Of a stretch of DNA of 64,000 nucleotides, positions 12,901-27,900 are shown one piece after another. The translations under genes were made by a program, and so were the position numbers. Origin of the DNA: Callorhinchus milii (Eukaryota); contig NW_024704742.1 in NCBI RefSeq assembly GCF_018977255.1, positions 14,696,001 through 14,760,000 on the forward strand, read 5' to 3'. The notes under the pieces were generated by a model. That model saw only the letters and a list, made by a program, of their open reading frames with translations. It did no database searches and had not been told where the DNA came from. How positions within the stretch are numbered: position 1 is the first letter of the stretch; the number at the start of each line of letters is the position of its first letter.

Positions 12901-15900
12901 ACTTTATTTGAAGAAGCTTGCCAACTGGGGTGTTGGTCTTGAATATTAGCTCACTAAGTAAAATTGCGTTGAAAGATGTCGGTGTTGCATTAATGGGTGA
13001 ATCTTCTTCAGGATAACTACTGGCAGCGGTTTTGAAACTTTTGTGTTTTTGCTTATGTGGACAATACCCATATTATGCTCTTTCAACCATTTCATCAACT
13101 TTGGTGTAAGAATAGATGTGGAGGAATTGAGATTCTAATTTTCTCCCTACCTTCTCTATCCGCATCCATCTCATTTGAAGTGTACTTTGCCTGGCACTAT
13201 TTTGGGGAAGGGCTCACTCACAACCCCTGGTATTCTGAATCAGGTTATTGTGCGCATAGCTTAGATTGAAAATTCTAAAATCAGATTTTTATAAGGTGGA
13301 GCATTGTCATAGAAGTTTCAACAATATGAGTATTTATGTCAAAAATATTTCTTTATGTGTTTTAATTAAGTATTCACATTATTACATAGTTCCAACTAGA
13401 ATTATAATAATAATCCCTCAAGAAAAAAAACAATAATAAAAAATTGTTCACTTCAATCCATGACTGTTTGTGGGACACTGCTATGTGCAATTGGCTGCCA
13501 CGTTTCGCCCACAAATATACAGTCAATTCGCTTTATTCTTTGAAGTGCTTTGAGATGTCTAGAAGACATGAAAAGCACTATATCAAATGCAAGGATTCTT
13601 ATTATAGTAGAATTGAGTGGGATATATGATCCTGAATGAGAATGCAAAGTTTGCATTGTTACAAAGAGTTAAAACAATGATATTCTGATGATGCCTTAAA
13701 TCATGAGAGTATGTTGCAAATCTGTAAAATGCACTTGTACCTTATTTTATTTTGATTTGTCATCAACACTGATTTCCAAGATGCAAAACTAGATTGAGTT
13801 TTAGATCTCTTGAGCTTGAGAGTTTTAACTTCTCACCATTTAATTTTGAGATCACATCATGGTGCATATTTTCTTATGTAGATGTTGCTCGTGTGATTTT
13901 CATGCTTGTTGAACTTGATGTGGATGTCTTTCTGCATTTTGCAGAACTTGTATCAGTGAAGTTTGCCTTGATGTGTGATGAATACTTAAGATTAGTTATT
14001 GTAATATAATTATAGGAGAAATAATTAGAATTTGAAGGATGTCCTGTGTCTTCCGCTAATAATTTGTTGCAGATCAAAATCACCATTTCCACTTGTGAGC
14101 TTACAATTGTATTTTTAAAGGGAATATGTAAGTGAGAATCCAGGAGGCAGTATATGTGAATGTTTACTGTGTGTGTGCAAAAATGTAGATTGTAGAACTA
14201 TATTTCTATTTTGTCAAATTTGTTTTCTTTGGACGTAAAGATAATCAATTACTATCTTACATGAACTGTAGGACTCTTAAGTTTTTGCATGATTAGAGCA
14301 CTGAATATCAACAACAACTTGCATTTATATATTACTCTTTGCACGGGTAGCATCGCAGAGCGCTTAATACAAATGCCTTGTTTTATTTTCCCTCAGGAGA
14401 ATATTCTGGAGAGAATACATTTGCACATAGTGTCAGACAATGAAGTAGATACCTGCACAATCAAATCCTGCATTACTCACCAGAAGTTTGCCATGACCCT
14501 TTATGAGCAGGTTAGATATGAAATTCCTTCATTATAACCATCCTAGAATTAATTAACTGACAATAGTCTTCAGAACATATAGGCATCTTAATTTTATGAG
14601 AGCAGATATTGGATTGCTAACTTTGTGATGTACTTGGTGGGCAATGACTTTCAGCATTGCATGAGTAGATGACCTTTTTGGCGAATGAAGTTGTTGAGCT
14701 AAATTTTTTAAACTTTATCAAAGTTTAGAGCAATGCTAAATGGTTATTAAATGCGCAAATTTGTTTTCATTAATTTCAGAACTCTTCTAGGCACATATTT
14801 GCACATTCTAATAATAATAATCGGATTTTAGTGAAAAAAGCTAAAGAATTGCTTCCAATTTGGGTACCCATTGCTCCCCTTGAGCAGATCCTGGTGTGAA
14901 AGTTGTTTTTTGACTACTTTGTAATGACCTTATTGCACTCTTGCTTTTTTTCTTATAAATATGAAAATTAGGGGAGGGTTTCCTTAAAATTAACTGACTT
15001 GTAATTGGAACAATATGGTAACAGTTTTTTAAGAAAAGTGGTTTAAATTATTGTTCCTGAGGTTATGCTGCTGCATTCATTGTTGGTGTCAGTTGTTTGG
15101 TGCCTGACATTCTGATACTTGATTCTTAATAGACTTTCATTATGAAAAATAGTGATGCCCTCTTAATTGGCAGACATAAACCTTTTTTAATGAGTAACTT
15201 TGATAAATAACTTAAATTGTTGTATCTTGCTTTGCTGCAGAGTGTATGCTATAGCTGTGGAGCCACTTCAGATCCTTTACCTTTCACTGAGCTGGTGCAT
15301 TATGTGTCAATAACAGCCCTGTGGTAAGTAATGCTTTGGTTTATGGCAATCAGTTCTTCAGAACTTAATAAGAAATTGAAAAAAAAAGTAATATACGTTT
15401 TTTGTTTATTAAATAGTAATCAGGTAGAGAGGATGGTGGAAAGAAATGAACGTCCCAGACCAGAAATGTTTGCAGAACTACTTCAAGCAGCAAGTACAAT
15501 TGGTGATTTTAGGAATTGTCCGGTAAGAGAACTTCAGGTTTAATAGGAAATATAGCCCAGTTTTTTTCTTCGTTGCCCATGTAAAATATTGTTTCTGAAT
15601 TGAACCATGTAAAATGCATGCCAGATGTGCTTAAAAGTGCAATTGTTTCCAAAAATTAGCTAACAATAGATGATGTCAATAATTGTGGGAACAATTTATA
15701 TTTACCTAACGGCCTTCACATAGGAAGTGACACACAGTGACGGGCTGGATGCTGAGCTAAGATGAAGGGGAGGAGGGAAGGTGACCGTAGGTGCAGTAGA
15801 AGAGATATGTTTTAAGGTGGATTTGAAGATGATAGAAAAGGGGTGAGGTAGATGAATAGAGGCAGAAAGTTCGACAGTTTGGGAGCACAATGACTGATGG

Positions 15901-18900
15901 CTCGGCCACCAGTATTGGCACAGAGAGGGGTGGAGTATTCCATATTAAGTGAGTATATAGGGTGTGGGCAGTGGGATACAAGGAGATCAGAGAGAGTGGG
16001 GGACAAGCTGGGGTGTGAAGCAATTTGTATGTGTGGCTGAGGACCTTCAAGTCGGTCTGTTCAAAAACTTACTTTTGTCTTAATTGCATCATAGTTTGGG
16101 TTGTGGATTGATTGTATTATGTTGTACAAACTTGTCTAGGATTATTTTCAAATAGTTCCAATATGAAACACTCAGCTCGCTTGCTCCAGGCTGCTACACC
16201 ATTCTCTTCAGCAGAATCTCTTGTTTGTGACATTGATATGGTGGAACCTACGAATCTTCCCTTTGTTAAGATCAGTTATTTCAGTTTAAGCCTTGTGTTA
16301 AATACCCTATGATGTCTTCTGAGTTGCTTGATAATATAATTGCATATTAATAAACTGAGTTGTTTTTATAGCAAAAAAAAGAAGTTAAAGATCATTTGTT
16401 CACTGACATATTATCCTGATGTTTTGCATCTATTTTTACAGAAATAATAGTCAAATTTGATTTTCAAGTAATATTTATCACATAGAGTGGACCAGAGGTG
16501 GATCCTTTTGTGTGACTCATTTCTCAATGGTGAAATGACATAAACTGAATCTGCAGTATTGGATTTGCTGATTTCAGACTTTCACCTCAAGTCGCCAGGA
16601 TGCGAATTTAGATTTTTTGTGAGTTTTCCCCACAATTAATAAACACAGAAATTCAGAATCAATTTTTTAATCGGTGATCCAGTAATTTTGAAAACAAGCT
16701 TCTACTCTCAACACTATTTCTAATAATTTGCTACAGAATCCTTGTTTGTCTTTTTGGCATACACGGTACAGTGGAACCTTGATACAAGACGATCACTATA
16801 GAACAAATTTGGTCGCATTGGGCACACCATTCATTGTGCAAGTGCCCAGCCAACCTACTTGTTTGCCATATGCTTGCTGGCTTTTTGCATTAAAATAGCT
16901 AACTTTAAGATCATTAGGTTGCCTCCCAATGTTGCTTCTTGCTTTGCAGCGCGCGTGGATTGGGATTTTGTGGATTCAAAACATTGTGTATAATGACTTC
17001 ACTGTACTTTACAATTTTATTCTAAGGGAATTCTTTATTTATGGCGTAAATTAAATTGACTGAATTACTGAACTGACATTTTTGAAATGCTAAATCGGCT
17101 TTCATATTGACAGCATTAAAAGGCTTATGGATGTTTTAGCCTCAAGTACTTTATTCATATTGCACATTAATCAATTTAATTTAGTGCTGAGTGGGGCACA
17201 TTTACTTCTAAATCCTATTGTTGCTTCTATTAGTTGGTATTAAATAATTGCTTAGTTTAATGGTTGATTGGCAAAAGATTTCTAAGGTATTTTGCCTGCA
17301 GCCCCACTCTTATTTTTATTTGGGGCTAGAAATGAATAATTTGACTACTTCATAGTGATATCAATATTCTACAAAATGTGGATGTTGTCATCGTCCTATA
17401 AATAATTAACTATTGCAACATTTATAGCTGTGTAAACTTAAGAGTGAATGCAAATTATTTTAAACTTATTAATTTTTCACTCACTTTTGAATTCAAATAG
17501 ATACCTTGAGTGATTTACAAGCGAGTAATCTAATTGAAGGGTTCAGATAATACCCAAAACCATAAGTGCAAAACTTGATTGGTTGGTAAGTCATCTGAGG
17601 CTGAGCTTAGAATACGGTCTTGAAATTGCTTCATTTGATTTTTACTTTAATTGGTTGCTTTTTTTAATTATATATATGTGTCTGATATATAATATATGGA
17701 TATCTATAGTAGATGTTTTTTTTTTAATTTGCATCGTTATTGCTGATTGTAAATTTCCTTTGTGGTATTGATCTGATTTGCATTGCATGGGCAGAACAGT
17801 TATGGGAACAGTTAATGGTAATAATGCTCTCACATTTCATGTTGTGGGAAGATGGATAGTAGCAATAATCTCACATTTCATGCTGTGGTTTTAGTTTGCT
17901 AGATTAATACATGGATTGAAGGGGCTTAATTATGCTTGCATTTGGTATAATGCTTTATCATGTGTCAGTCACAAAGCACTTCACAAGATTTTACAGTAAA
18001 GTATAGTGTAGTGATTGTATTTGTAAGCGAACACTACGGCCAATTTGTGCCAAGCAATGTCCCACAAATAATCATGACCAATTTTATCTGGGGGATTGTT
18101 TGCCCAGATCCAGGTGAAACTCCCTTCTCTTTGAGAGTAGTGTCATGGGATCATCCTTAACATCCACCAACCAGGCATATAAGACATTGGTTTAAGGTCT
18201 CATCCGAAGTATGGCACCTCCAACAATGTAGGACAACCCCAATAGTTCAACAGAATGTTAGTGTAATAATAATAATCCTTGCATTTGATATAGTGCTTTT
18301 CACGTCTTCTCGACGTCTCAAAGCGCTTCACAGAATAGACTGTAAAGTGAATTGACTGTATATTTGTAGGTGAAACAGCCTAAACAGTGAGTTCAAACAC
18401 CTGACGTGGGGCTTGAACCCACAACCTTTGAATTCTTAGATAAGAGTGCTACACCCTACCACCCACCCAAGTTTTGTGTCATCTACAAATTTTAACATGC
18501 CTATATCTGAGTCCAAGTCACTTATATGTGGCAAACAGTTGTGGTCCCAATCCAGATCTCTGTGAAACACCACTTCCTACCTGTTGCCAACCTGAAAAAA
18601 TGCCCTTAACACATTTGCTTTTGGTTTTCTAACCATTCTTTATTCTGCTAATTCTCCTACAACTCCATATGCCCTGGTTTTAGTTGTGAGTCTCTTGTTT
18701 GTCATGTGTCAAGACCTTCTGGAAATTCAAATACACTACATCTACTGCATTTCCCTTGTCTACTTTATCTGTTACATCTTGAAAGAATTTGATAAGGTTT
18801 GTCAAGCATAACATTTCAGATTTCATATTGTGTAACATTGCACATGTATATTATGTATTCCTCTGCTGAAACATTCTGACATTCATATGTGTGTTGACCA

Positions 18901-21900
18901 ACTTTTTTGAAGTTGGGGGTGGGGTTGAGCCAGATCATGATTAAAAGACACCTTGCAAGGATCAGTGGATACCTCTCACAATGGGGAATACTGGATGAAC
19001 CTTCTGTAACCATGGTTCTCAGACTAATTTAAACTGCCCTCCTGCTGCTCAGACTGGTTACTTAGCTTAAACTAGGAATTGAACCTAGGCATCTTCTTAA
19101 CCTTTATGGCACAACTACTTGTGAATATAATCGTGCTGAACCATTGGTGGAGCCTGTGCACTCATTTTTATATGTACGGTTTATGAAACATACCACAAAA
19201 TATTGTTTAGCTAATGCATGCTGTAGGCAAAGTAAGATCTCATTGCACAAGTTCTTGTTGCATGTTTTCCTACAGTTATCGTTTCTCTTCCAACCTTTTG
19301 TCCTCAAACTTATATTGTCTCATGCACGTAAGTTATTACATTTCCTCCCCACTTCATTTACAGCAAAAAAAACATAGATGCAAATATTTTTCAGTTGTAC
19401 TGGCAAAATACAAATGCATTGTGGAATATGCAAACTGTATCCTTTTGTTTCAGAGCAACTGTGGACAAAAGATCAAAATCAGGCGTGTGCTGATGAATTG
19501 CCCAGAGATTGTCACTATTGGCCTGGTGTGGGACTCGGAGCATTCAGATCTCACGTTGGATGTGATTCGATATCTGGCGCCACAGCTCTACCTCCCTGGA
19601 GTGAGTAAAGTGAAGTTGCTCTTAATTTCTGACAAATACGAAGCAAAATGAGGACTTCTGTCGTTTTAATTCACTTTTGTGAACTGAATATGTTTTCATT
19701 CTAGATGGGATATAGGGGAAAGGTGATGTACTCTTTGTGACATGTGTCTGAACTGTAATGCAGATGAACCAAATAGTATCCTTTATCTTAATTTAGTGGA
19801 TGCATGGTGATGGGTTTCTGCATGTGTCAGACACCGGCCTGACCAAAAAACGTAGTGCAGAAGTTCAGAGCAGGATTCTTCCCACTCAGCTCCTGTTAAT
19901 CCTTAAATTAGAAGCCCTAGTTTACCAGACGGTGCTCTCAATGGCATATTATGCAGTTTTAGCTTGTTAAACCCCAGCAGTACATATGCCTAATACATTC
20001 AAGAATTAGGTAAGCTGGGTGTCCTTCGAAGGATAAAGTACATTTCATTTAGACACACGGAAGATTCTTTGTGTAGGTGATGTACACATGTGGAGGTCTC
20101 AGGCTGGTTGAGATACTTTTAAGCATAGTGATAGATTTCCATGTGTGTCAGGCACCTGGCTGACCCCCAAAAAGTGCAGGATTTCAGATGTTTAATAGTG
20201 AATACAGACCGTTTCTGTTTAATCTTGGCCTTTTCAGCAAGTGGCCTTGTAATACATTAGTTCCAAAATGATTGGTATTGGCTGTTTTTAACATGTTTTA
20301 GTTAAATAAATATTTTGATATGACACTAAAAATCATCAGGGCAGTTGCTCTATATTAAAAGCAGTGCAACCTTCTCTGCTTTGAGCTTTGACAGTATTGA
20401 ATTCAGCAATTAAATTGTCATCTAAATTTTGGAATATAATAATATGTCTCTTTATTTAAAGCTTTTCTACAGGGCAACTGATGAACGGGCTAAGAGAAGT
20501 GAATTGATCCTTGTAGGAATGGTGTGTTATTCCAATAAACACTATTGCACTTTTGCCTTTCATACTAAAAGCTCCAAATGGGTTTTCTTTGATGATGCTA
20601 CTGTTAAAGAGGTAAGTTTTAAATATGTGCCTTGCACATAGTTGAAAAATGCATCTAATGTGGGAATTATTTTAGCATTAATTAGAATTTGTAATGCATT
20701 TTGGAATAACTTATCTAATTACAAAATTCTGCATTTGAAATTCTCTTGAGAGAACAAGAATTGTTTACTGTAGGCTTGCGACTCTAGGGATTGTATTCTT
20801 GGGAGTGTTTTAATATCTGACATAGTTTGTTGAAGAGGGGATTGGAAAGGCAGTTGGAAAGGCATTTGGCAGAGAAGGAGATTGGGGATCGAAGTACGTG
20901 AGATGGGGAGAGATGGTATCTAAAACTGAGACTGGCGAGTTGGACTAACGTTTTTTTATCATTGCTGCACATTCCTGTATTTTTAACTAGTTGCATTTAG
21001 AAAGCAGTGGAGTTCCAACTTTTTTTATATAGGTACATACAGTTTATTTCCCATTATAATGCAACTGTTTGGGTCCATAAAACCATAAAGTCACAAGTTT
21101 CTTCCTCCATGTGCACTACACATGTGAAACCAGCCAGTCAGTGCTGCAAATGTAGTGCACTTCCAGTGCTGTAAAATTAACTCGTGCTATACCATGGTTG
21201 TATCAGAAAATTTTAAATTTCAAAGTATGCTTTAGTTTCCATGGTTTCTTAGTTTGCATCCTTTCAGTGCTTACGCACTCCAGAACGCTACCCCGTGTGA
21301 AGGACTTGATATAAATGCAAGTTGCTGTTTCATTTTTTTTCCTAGGTTAATTGCTGGTGCAAAGAAATCCAATGGTCTATATGCCAGTCTGAAGTGTCAG
21401 ACTATTAATAGTATATGGAGAAAGTGCAGGACTGTGTGACATGACTCCTTTCATGTTGGTATTGTCATTAGAGTGGCCCAGCAATTATGGAGACTCACCC
21501 TAAGGTTTCAAGACACATCTGCTAAAAATGAATCTTTATAATTCTCATTTTGTTCTAAAGATAGATAAATATTTAAAATTATTTATCCCAGATCTTCTTT
21601 ATCTTTGGCCTCATAGAAAGCCTTGGGATTGTTCATGTTTTATTCTAATTACAGTTTAAGAAAGTGCTGATGTCACAATAATAGTATAGGATGGTAATCT
21701 ATTGCTACATTATAAAAAATGTCAAGTAGGGAAAAAAATTACAACATGATAATACTGAGAAAAAATCAGTTGTCTTTGTCAACTATAAACTTCATTTATT
21801 CACTCTTGATTTGACCTAAAGCCTATATTCTGTAACTAGCTCATATCCTTTAATCTATATGCTTACATAACTGTTGAGTTTAAAAATGATTATTCGTCTG

Positions 21901-24900
21901 TCTGATAGGTTGGATCAAAATGGAAAGATGTGGTTTCCAAGTGCATTCGAGGTCATTTCCAACCATTGCTGCTGTTCTATGCTAATCCCAGTGGTGTGCC
22001 CGTCTCTACAGAGGATGCACCCACACAGGTCATTCAATCTGTTCAGTGTGCTCATTATAAAATGTCACAGGTTGGTGAAGATTCAGGTGAGTCTCAGTAT
22101 CAGAAATAACTCCATAAATCATATTTTTCCATATCTTCAATTGTATCAACGAATCAATACAATCGTTTTTTATTCTACTTGCATATTATCCACAATTAAC
22201 AATTTTTCTGTTCGTTTTACAACAAAGATCTATAATCTGTTTATCTTTTTAGAAGACTGGTGTTGATCCTTTTGCGTACTATTTTGCCAGTTGCAGGCAA
22301 CTAATACTAATAGTTTTACTATTATTACATTTTTGCCCATAAATATATGGTTAATTCACTTTACAGTCTATTCTGTGAAGCGCTTTGAGACATCGAGAAG
22401 ACGTGAAAAGTGCTATATGAAATGCAAGGATTATTATTTATTACTATATATTAACTTTAAAAATATTTTTTTATGCCAGATACAGTACTTGAGTACTGAG
22501 GAGTACCAAGGAGTTCCAGTTTGAAACTTCAAAATGCACTGGTGACAGCAGTTTGCCACTTTACCATTTTCTTCTCAATTGTTCTAGAAGCTGTCTGAAA
22601 AATTACCTATATCAATGTCTTGTGATAAGGAAGAAAACTATCTTTAATATGTAATTTTTCTCTATCAGTGAGAAGTAGTTTGAGTCATGTGTGACTAACA
22701 AATTTTGTGTATTTGGTTTAACAGAAAGAGAACTGCCAGTTTCTCCAGATAAATTGGTAGAGCATCCTAGGGAAAATGGAACTGGAGGATACTCATCACA
22801 GATCAGGAATGAAAGAATGCTGCTAAAAGAGCCATCCCATTCCAGAGGCTTTCAGAGGGGCTTTATTCAAGACAGCAGAGGCCGAGGGCTAAGTAAGTAA
22901 CTGTCTCCTATGTGCAATTAGTTGCTTATTAGAATCTTTGGCTTGTTTTTTTTTAAATTCAGCAGAAAGAAAACCTTGCCAGTAACACTTGATTTGTTAA
23001 AAGGATTATTAAATGCTTTAATGGTTTGGCAAACATAACCAACTTGTTAACTCTTAGTTTCTTATGAACGAATCCTCAATCGTAGGTGCCTGTAGTTTTG
23101 TACCCCTTGGTACCCATTTTGCCTGCAAATATACAGTCAATTCACTTTACAGTATATTCTGTGAAGCGTTTTGAGATGTCTGGAAAACGTGATAAGGCAC
23201 TATATCAAATGCAAGGTTTACTATTCAAAACTAATGAGAAGCTGTGCCAGCTGTTGTCAAGAGTGCATTGTTTTATAGTAACTTGTGTGTGTTAATGTTG
23301 CGTGAATAATAAAAATCCTTGTATTTGGTATAGCAACTTTCACATTGGAAGGACACCCTAAAGAGCTAACATGATATACTGTGATGAGCTGTTAAGTGCA
23401 GTGAATGTGTATTTTGTGAGCTAATGTGGCACTGCAATGTACGCACTGCAATGTCCCACAAACCACCATGAAGTGAATGACCAAGTTTAGTTGGGGAATT
23501 GTTGACCAGGACCCAAAGTTGTTTTCAATTGTATGAAAGTCATATTGAATTTGCTTCCAACTATATTAAAAAAAAGCCCGACTTGAAGCATTCTACTAAT
23601 ACAAAGTAACTGGTAACTGAAATTTAACTGATGTTGGAAGAACAATCCCTCACTATTGATCTTTTAGTCGAGCAATGTTTTATACTTATTACATCTATAA
23701 CAAATTGTCAGCTTGGTTTAGTTGATGGCACACTCACATTTGGGTCAGAAAGATGCATTTCTGAAGCCCCACATGGGGACTTTGAGCTCATATTCTAGGC
23801 TCATCTTCAAGTTAAGTGCTGTCATTTGGATAAGTTGTTAAACCTGTTCAGGTTGAGCATTAACGATCCCAGGAGGCTATTGGCAAAGAGAATGTTTCTC
23901 CCAGTGGCCTCCTTCCCAACAATCCTAGAGGTAAATTGGTCAGATAAATGGGCCAGCAATCCTCTAGATAAAATTAGTCATTCACTACATGGCTGTTTGT
24001 GGGATAACATTGCATGCAAACTGGCTGCTCTATCTGCCTGTAAATAAAGTATACTTGAAGTGCTACACCTGACAGCAATTATCTGTGAAGCACTTTGAGA
24101 TGATTTGATATTATAGATTTGTATTGTAAGTGTTGATCAGCATTTTAGTGTTCTACAGTTGTTGAATTGTTTACAGTTAAAGTGCTGCCAGATGAAAAAG
24201 CATTTCGTTTACGAGACCGTTCCAGAGACCGTGCTCAAAAGCCAAATAATGCAAGGAACTCTCCGCACCATCAGAAAAAAGAAAGTGACAAGCCAATGAG
24301 AAAGAATGACTATAGCAGGCAGAGGGGTTAGTATTCTCGTACTTTTTCAAATTTAATTTCACTTGAGCAATAAATTGTGAGCCATAATATCGTTGTATTC
24401 TTAAACCTTAAAATTAGTATAAGAAGTAACATTATTTCTCTGGTATTTTACCTACATTTAAGTGCCCAGTGAGCTTTGTTTTTGTTCACTTATTCTATTG
24501 TGAATATACATGTATAATTTTTTTTTCTCCTGATTATACTTCTACTCCTTATAGTGCTTATTTTGCTGGAAGTCTCACTGCAAATAGTTTGCTCTATTAT
24601 ACTGAGCAATGGCACAATCAAGTTTCATATTCACTTGTCTGAATCTTTATTTAAACAGATGCTTGCTTGAACAACATGCAAAGTTAATAAACTTCATTCA
24701 TGGTTAATGAATAATGTATCTGTCAGGTGGATGAAGCTATAGCCATCTCCTGTACCTTATGACCCTTGTGGCTCCCTAAAATAGTTTCTGTATAACATGG
24801 GTCTTGTGGAAAAAATTGTAGTTCAGGTTAATCCACAACCTTGGGCACTTTCTACTGCTGTATTGTGTATTCTGCTCAGTGGGATTAGGGTTTTACCATG

Positions 24901-27900
24901 TTATCTAGATTACTGAAGGAACTTCGCCAAATGGTATATTTAGCAAACCAAATTTAAGAAATGATAATGTTAAACTATTGAGTAAATTGAGTTGCAGACC
25001 CCGTCTCTTGGCTTGGCCACCTGCCTGGGCAGAAACTGCCGATGAAAGTTACTACTGAATTGCAAGCTGCTCTTTGAGCTAACATACATTGGCATGCTGT
25101 TGCAACAGTCTTCTATGCTTTTTCAAGACTTTTTTTTAAGCTCTCTGTGCAAATGCCAAGAAGTTTAGTGCCACTGTGTTTCTAAGTAGCCTAAAATTTT
25201 ACTCCATAAATCTGCTGCTACTATCTCGTGATATGTACTCTCATGATATACCTATTTTACATGGTTGAACAAATGAGGATTCACTTTCACATGTCTTCCT
25301 CATTCTTTGAAGTTTAATCTCAACATGCAAATCTCACTCCTAGCGAATTCATGGTCTTTCTTTTCTGGTATTTGTTTTTCCTCCACACACAGAACACTCA
25401 TTAAAGTTGATAGAAAACTTACCTTAAATGGAAAATATCCAAAAGGGAGTCTCAAAGCTTTCTATTTCCATTCTATTCCCCTCCCACACCCATCAATATC
25501 AAACATGTTTATTTAATCTTTTCTTTATCCCACTACCCTTTCCTACCCACAGAATGGAGAGAATTCCTATTGATATGCAGAGGTTGAACTTGAAACAAAA
25601 CTAACCTCAATAATTTATTTTTTTAAAACATTGTGCTATAAGTGGTGTCTTGAAGTTGTATGTCTGATGCATTAATCCTTGCATTTTTATATAGTGCCTT
25701 ATTGTGCTCTTCACAGAATATACTGTATAGTAAATTGACTATATTTTGGGTGCAAAATGCAGCACAGCAGTGTCCCACGAACAGTCATGAATTGAGTGAC
25801 CAAACTTGTTATTTTTTGGAAGGGATTATTATCCCCAGAAATGTGATCTGCCAATCGACTTAACAACCGGATTCCTACTTACTGCTAGATGAACAGAGAC
25901 GTGTGAAGTAATGAAACTTGCTTAACATTTCCCCTGCCAAGAATTGAACCCAGGTCTTCTCGCTTGTGAGGCGAGTGCTCTAACCACTAAGCTGCAGGAC
26001 TTCACTGACCACTTTTTACATTTATTAGATTAAAACTACCATCGTTCATACTATGATCATGTTTGTTTTCCCTCAGAGGACCGATCTCCTTCAAAGTCTG
26101 GGACTCCACCTTCCAGCAGCGGTCTGAGGCAATTCTGGGATCAGCATGTGTACAATAGTCAAGGAAAAGGATCTTCAAGCCAAAGCAAAACTAATTCACA
26201 AGGCAGGGGAACAACAGAGAAAATCACTTACGCATCTGATTGTGTGCAGCACAAAAATAAGAACAGTGGCTATGACACTGACACCAGTCAGGAGTCGAGG
26301 GAGAAAAGCAGTGGCAAGAGCAGGAGTAAGGCAAAAGGTTGGAAACCCTCCCGAGAGATTCTAAATGTGGACAGTATTTTTGAGAGTGAACGAAGGCAAG
26401 GCAGTCCAAAACATAAGACAAACTCTGCTGACAAGCAGCTACACAGCAAAGAGCTCATCTCCAAAGATGTGTTGAGTGAGCACCGAAAGCATAGAGGCTT
26501 AATGACCATATATGAAGATGAATTCAGACTTGAAAGTGGAAGCCGAAGTTCGTCAATGGAATTTGATGGGAAAACAAATGTAGAAAAAGAAAAGGCCAGT
26601 GTCAATGCCAACTTGAAATGTCATGGTGAAGCCTGGCAGGTACAGAGGACTGAGTCTGGGTATGAGAGCAGTGATCGACTCAGTAATGGCTCCACTGGTC
26701 TTGACTCTCCAGGCGTGGAAGTTTCCAATGCAAAAGATGTGAGATTTGTTCCAGAATCTTTTTCTGAAAGGTAATTATCTTTATAAAAATGGCCTTGTGT
26801 CAAACTTGGAAAAATGATAAGTGGTAAATTGATTTCAAACCAATTCTTTGACTTAAGGCGTGCAGTTCTGTCCCTTAAACAAGCTGCCTTAGCTATCGTT
26901 TGTAAATGTTTGGGTTAATTTCACATCTTTAGCCTGCATGACTTGTATTTCAATGGTATCCATTAGAAATTATCACCTTCCAATGTAATTATAATAATCT
27001 CCCTTTTAAAAAAAAATTCTGTAAATAAAATAATCCTGGATTCTTAATGAAGTACAAGTATCTTAATACACTTTGTATAAATATCTTGACTGTTTTCTTA
27101 GCTGTTGAAGTACCAGTTGAAAAATTTTTACACTTCAAATTTATTTTTTGGGGTTCATCAAATTATGTGATTATAATAATAGGAATAGTAGTTTATTAAG
27201 TTCTATTTCAGATAAAATACTCACCAAAATTAGACCCAATTAATACTTATGCATGCACACACTGTCTATCCCTCGATATTTGCAGCTATAGTACTCATTA
27301 CCAAATGTTAACATGGAACAAATATTTGTACAGTAAAGCTTCCTTTACGCTGTTCCTGAAGTCAGCTAACTCAGTTGGGTCTAGGTCAGATCATTTTGTT
27401 TTTGAATCTTGGTAGATCTGTGTAACCCATCACCTTTCTGAGGTTGATAAAGTGAGTACGATAAATGTAACTAATTAGGAAGAGATTTTGACCCATCCTT
27501 TTCAAAGTATACATCAATTATGTTTTGAAATGTTCAAAGAAATGTACACAAATACTAAATACTTTGGTAGTAAAGAAAGTGCTGATCTTGCCTTCGAACT
27601 TGGTTTGCAGGATCCAGGTTCTGTCTACAAATTTGCCAGAATTATTTCTATGAATGGTAGTTTACCAACCTTGAAGAGTCAATGTCTGAGTGGGCCTGCC
27701 CTGCCATTCAATCATGGCTGATCTTCTAATCTAACTCCAGCTAATAACCTAACCCTGCCTTATTCCCATATCCCATAATCCCTTTTGCAATAAGACATTT
27801 TATCTATTTCAGTCTTGAATATGTTCAAGGACTGAGCATCAACAGCTCTTTGGGGTAGAGAGTTCCATACATTCACCACCCTTTGAGTGAAGAAGTTCTT

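Noticed and set aside
17820..17890. Short tandem duplication (ctcacatttcatg[t/c]tgtgg twice)
   Set aside because: Ordinary local duplication with no sign of function
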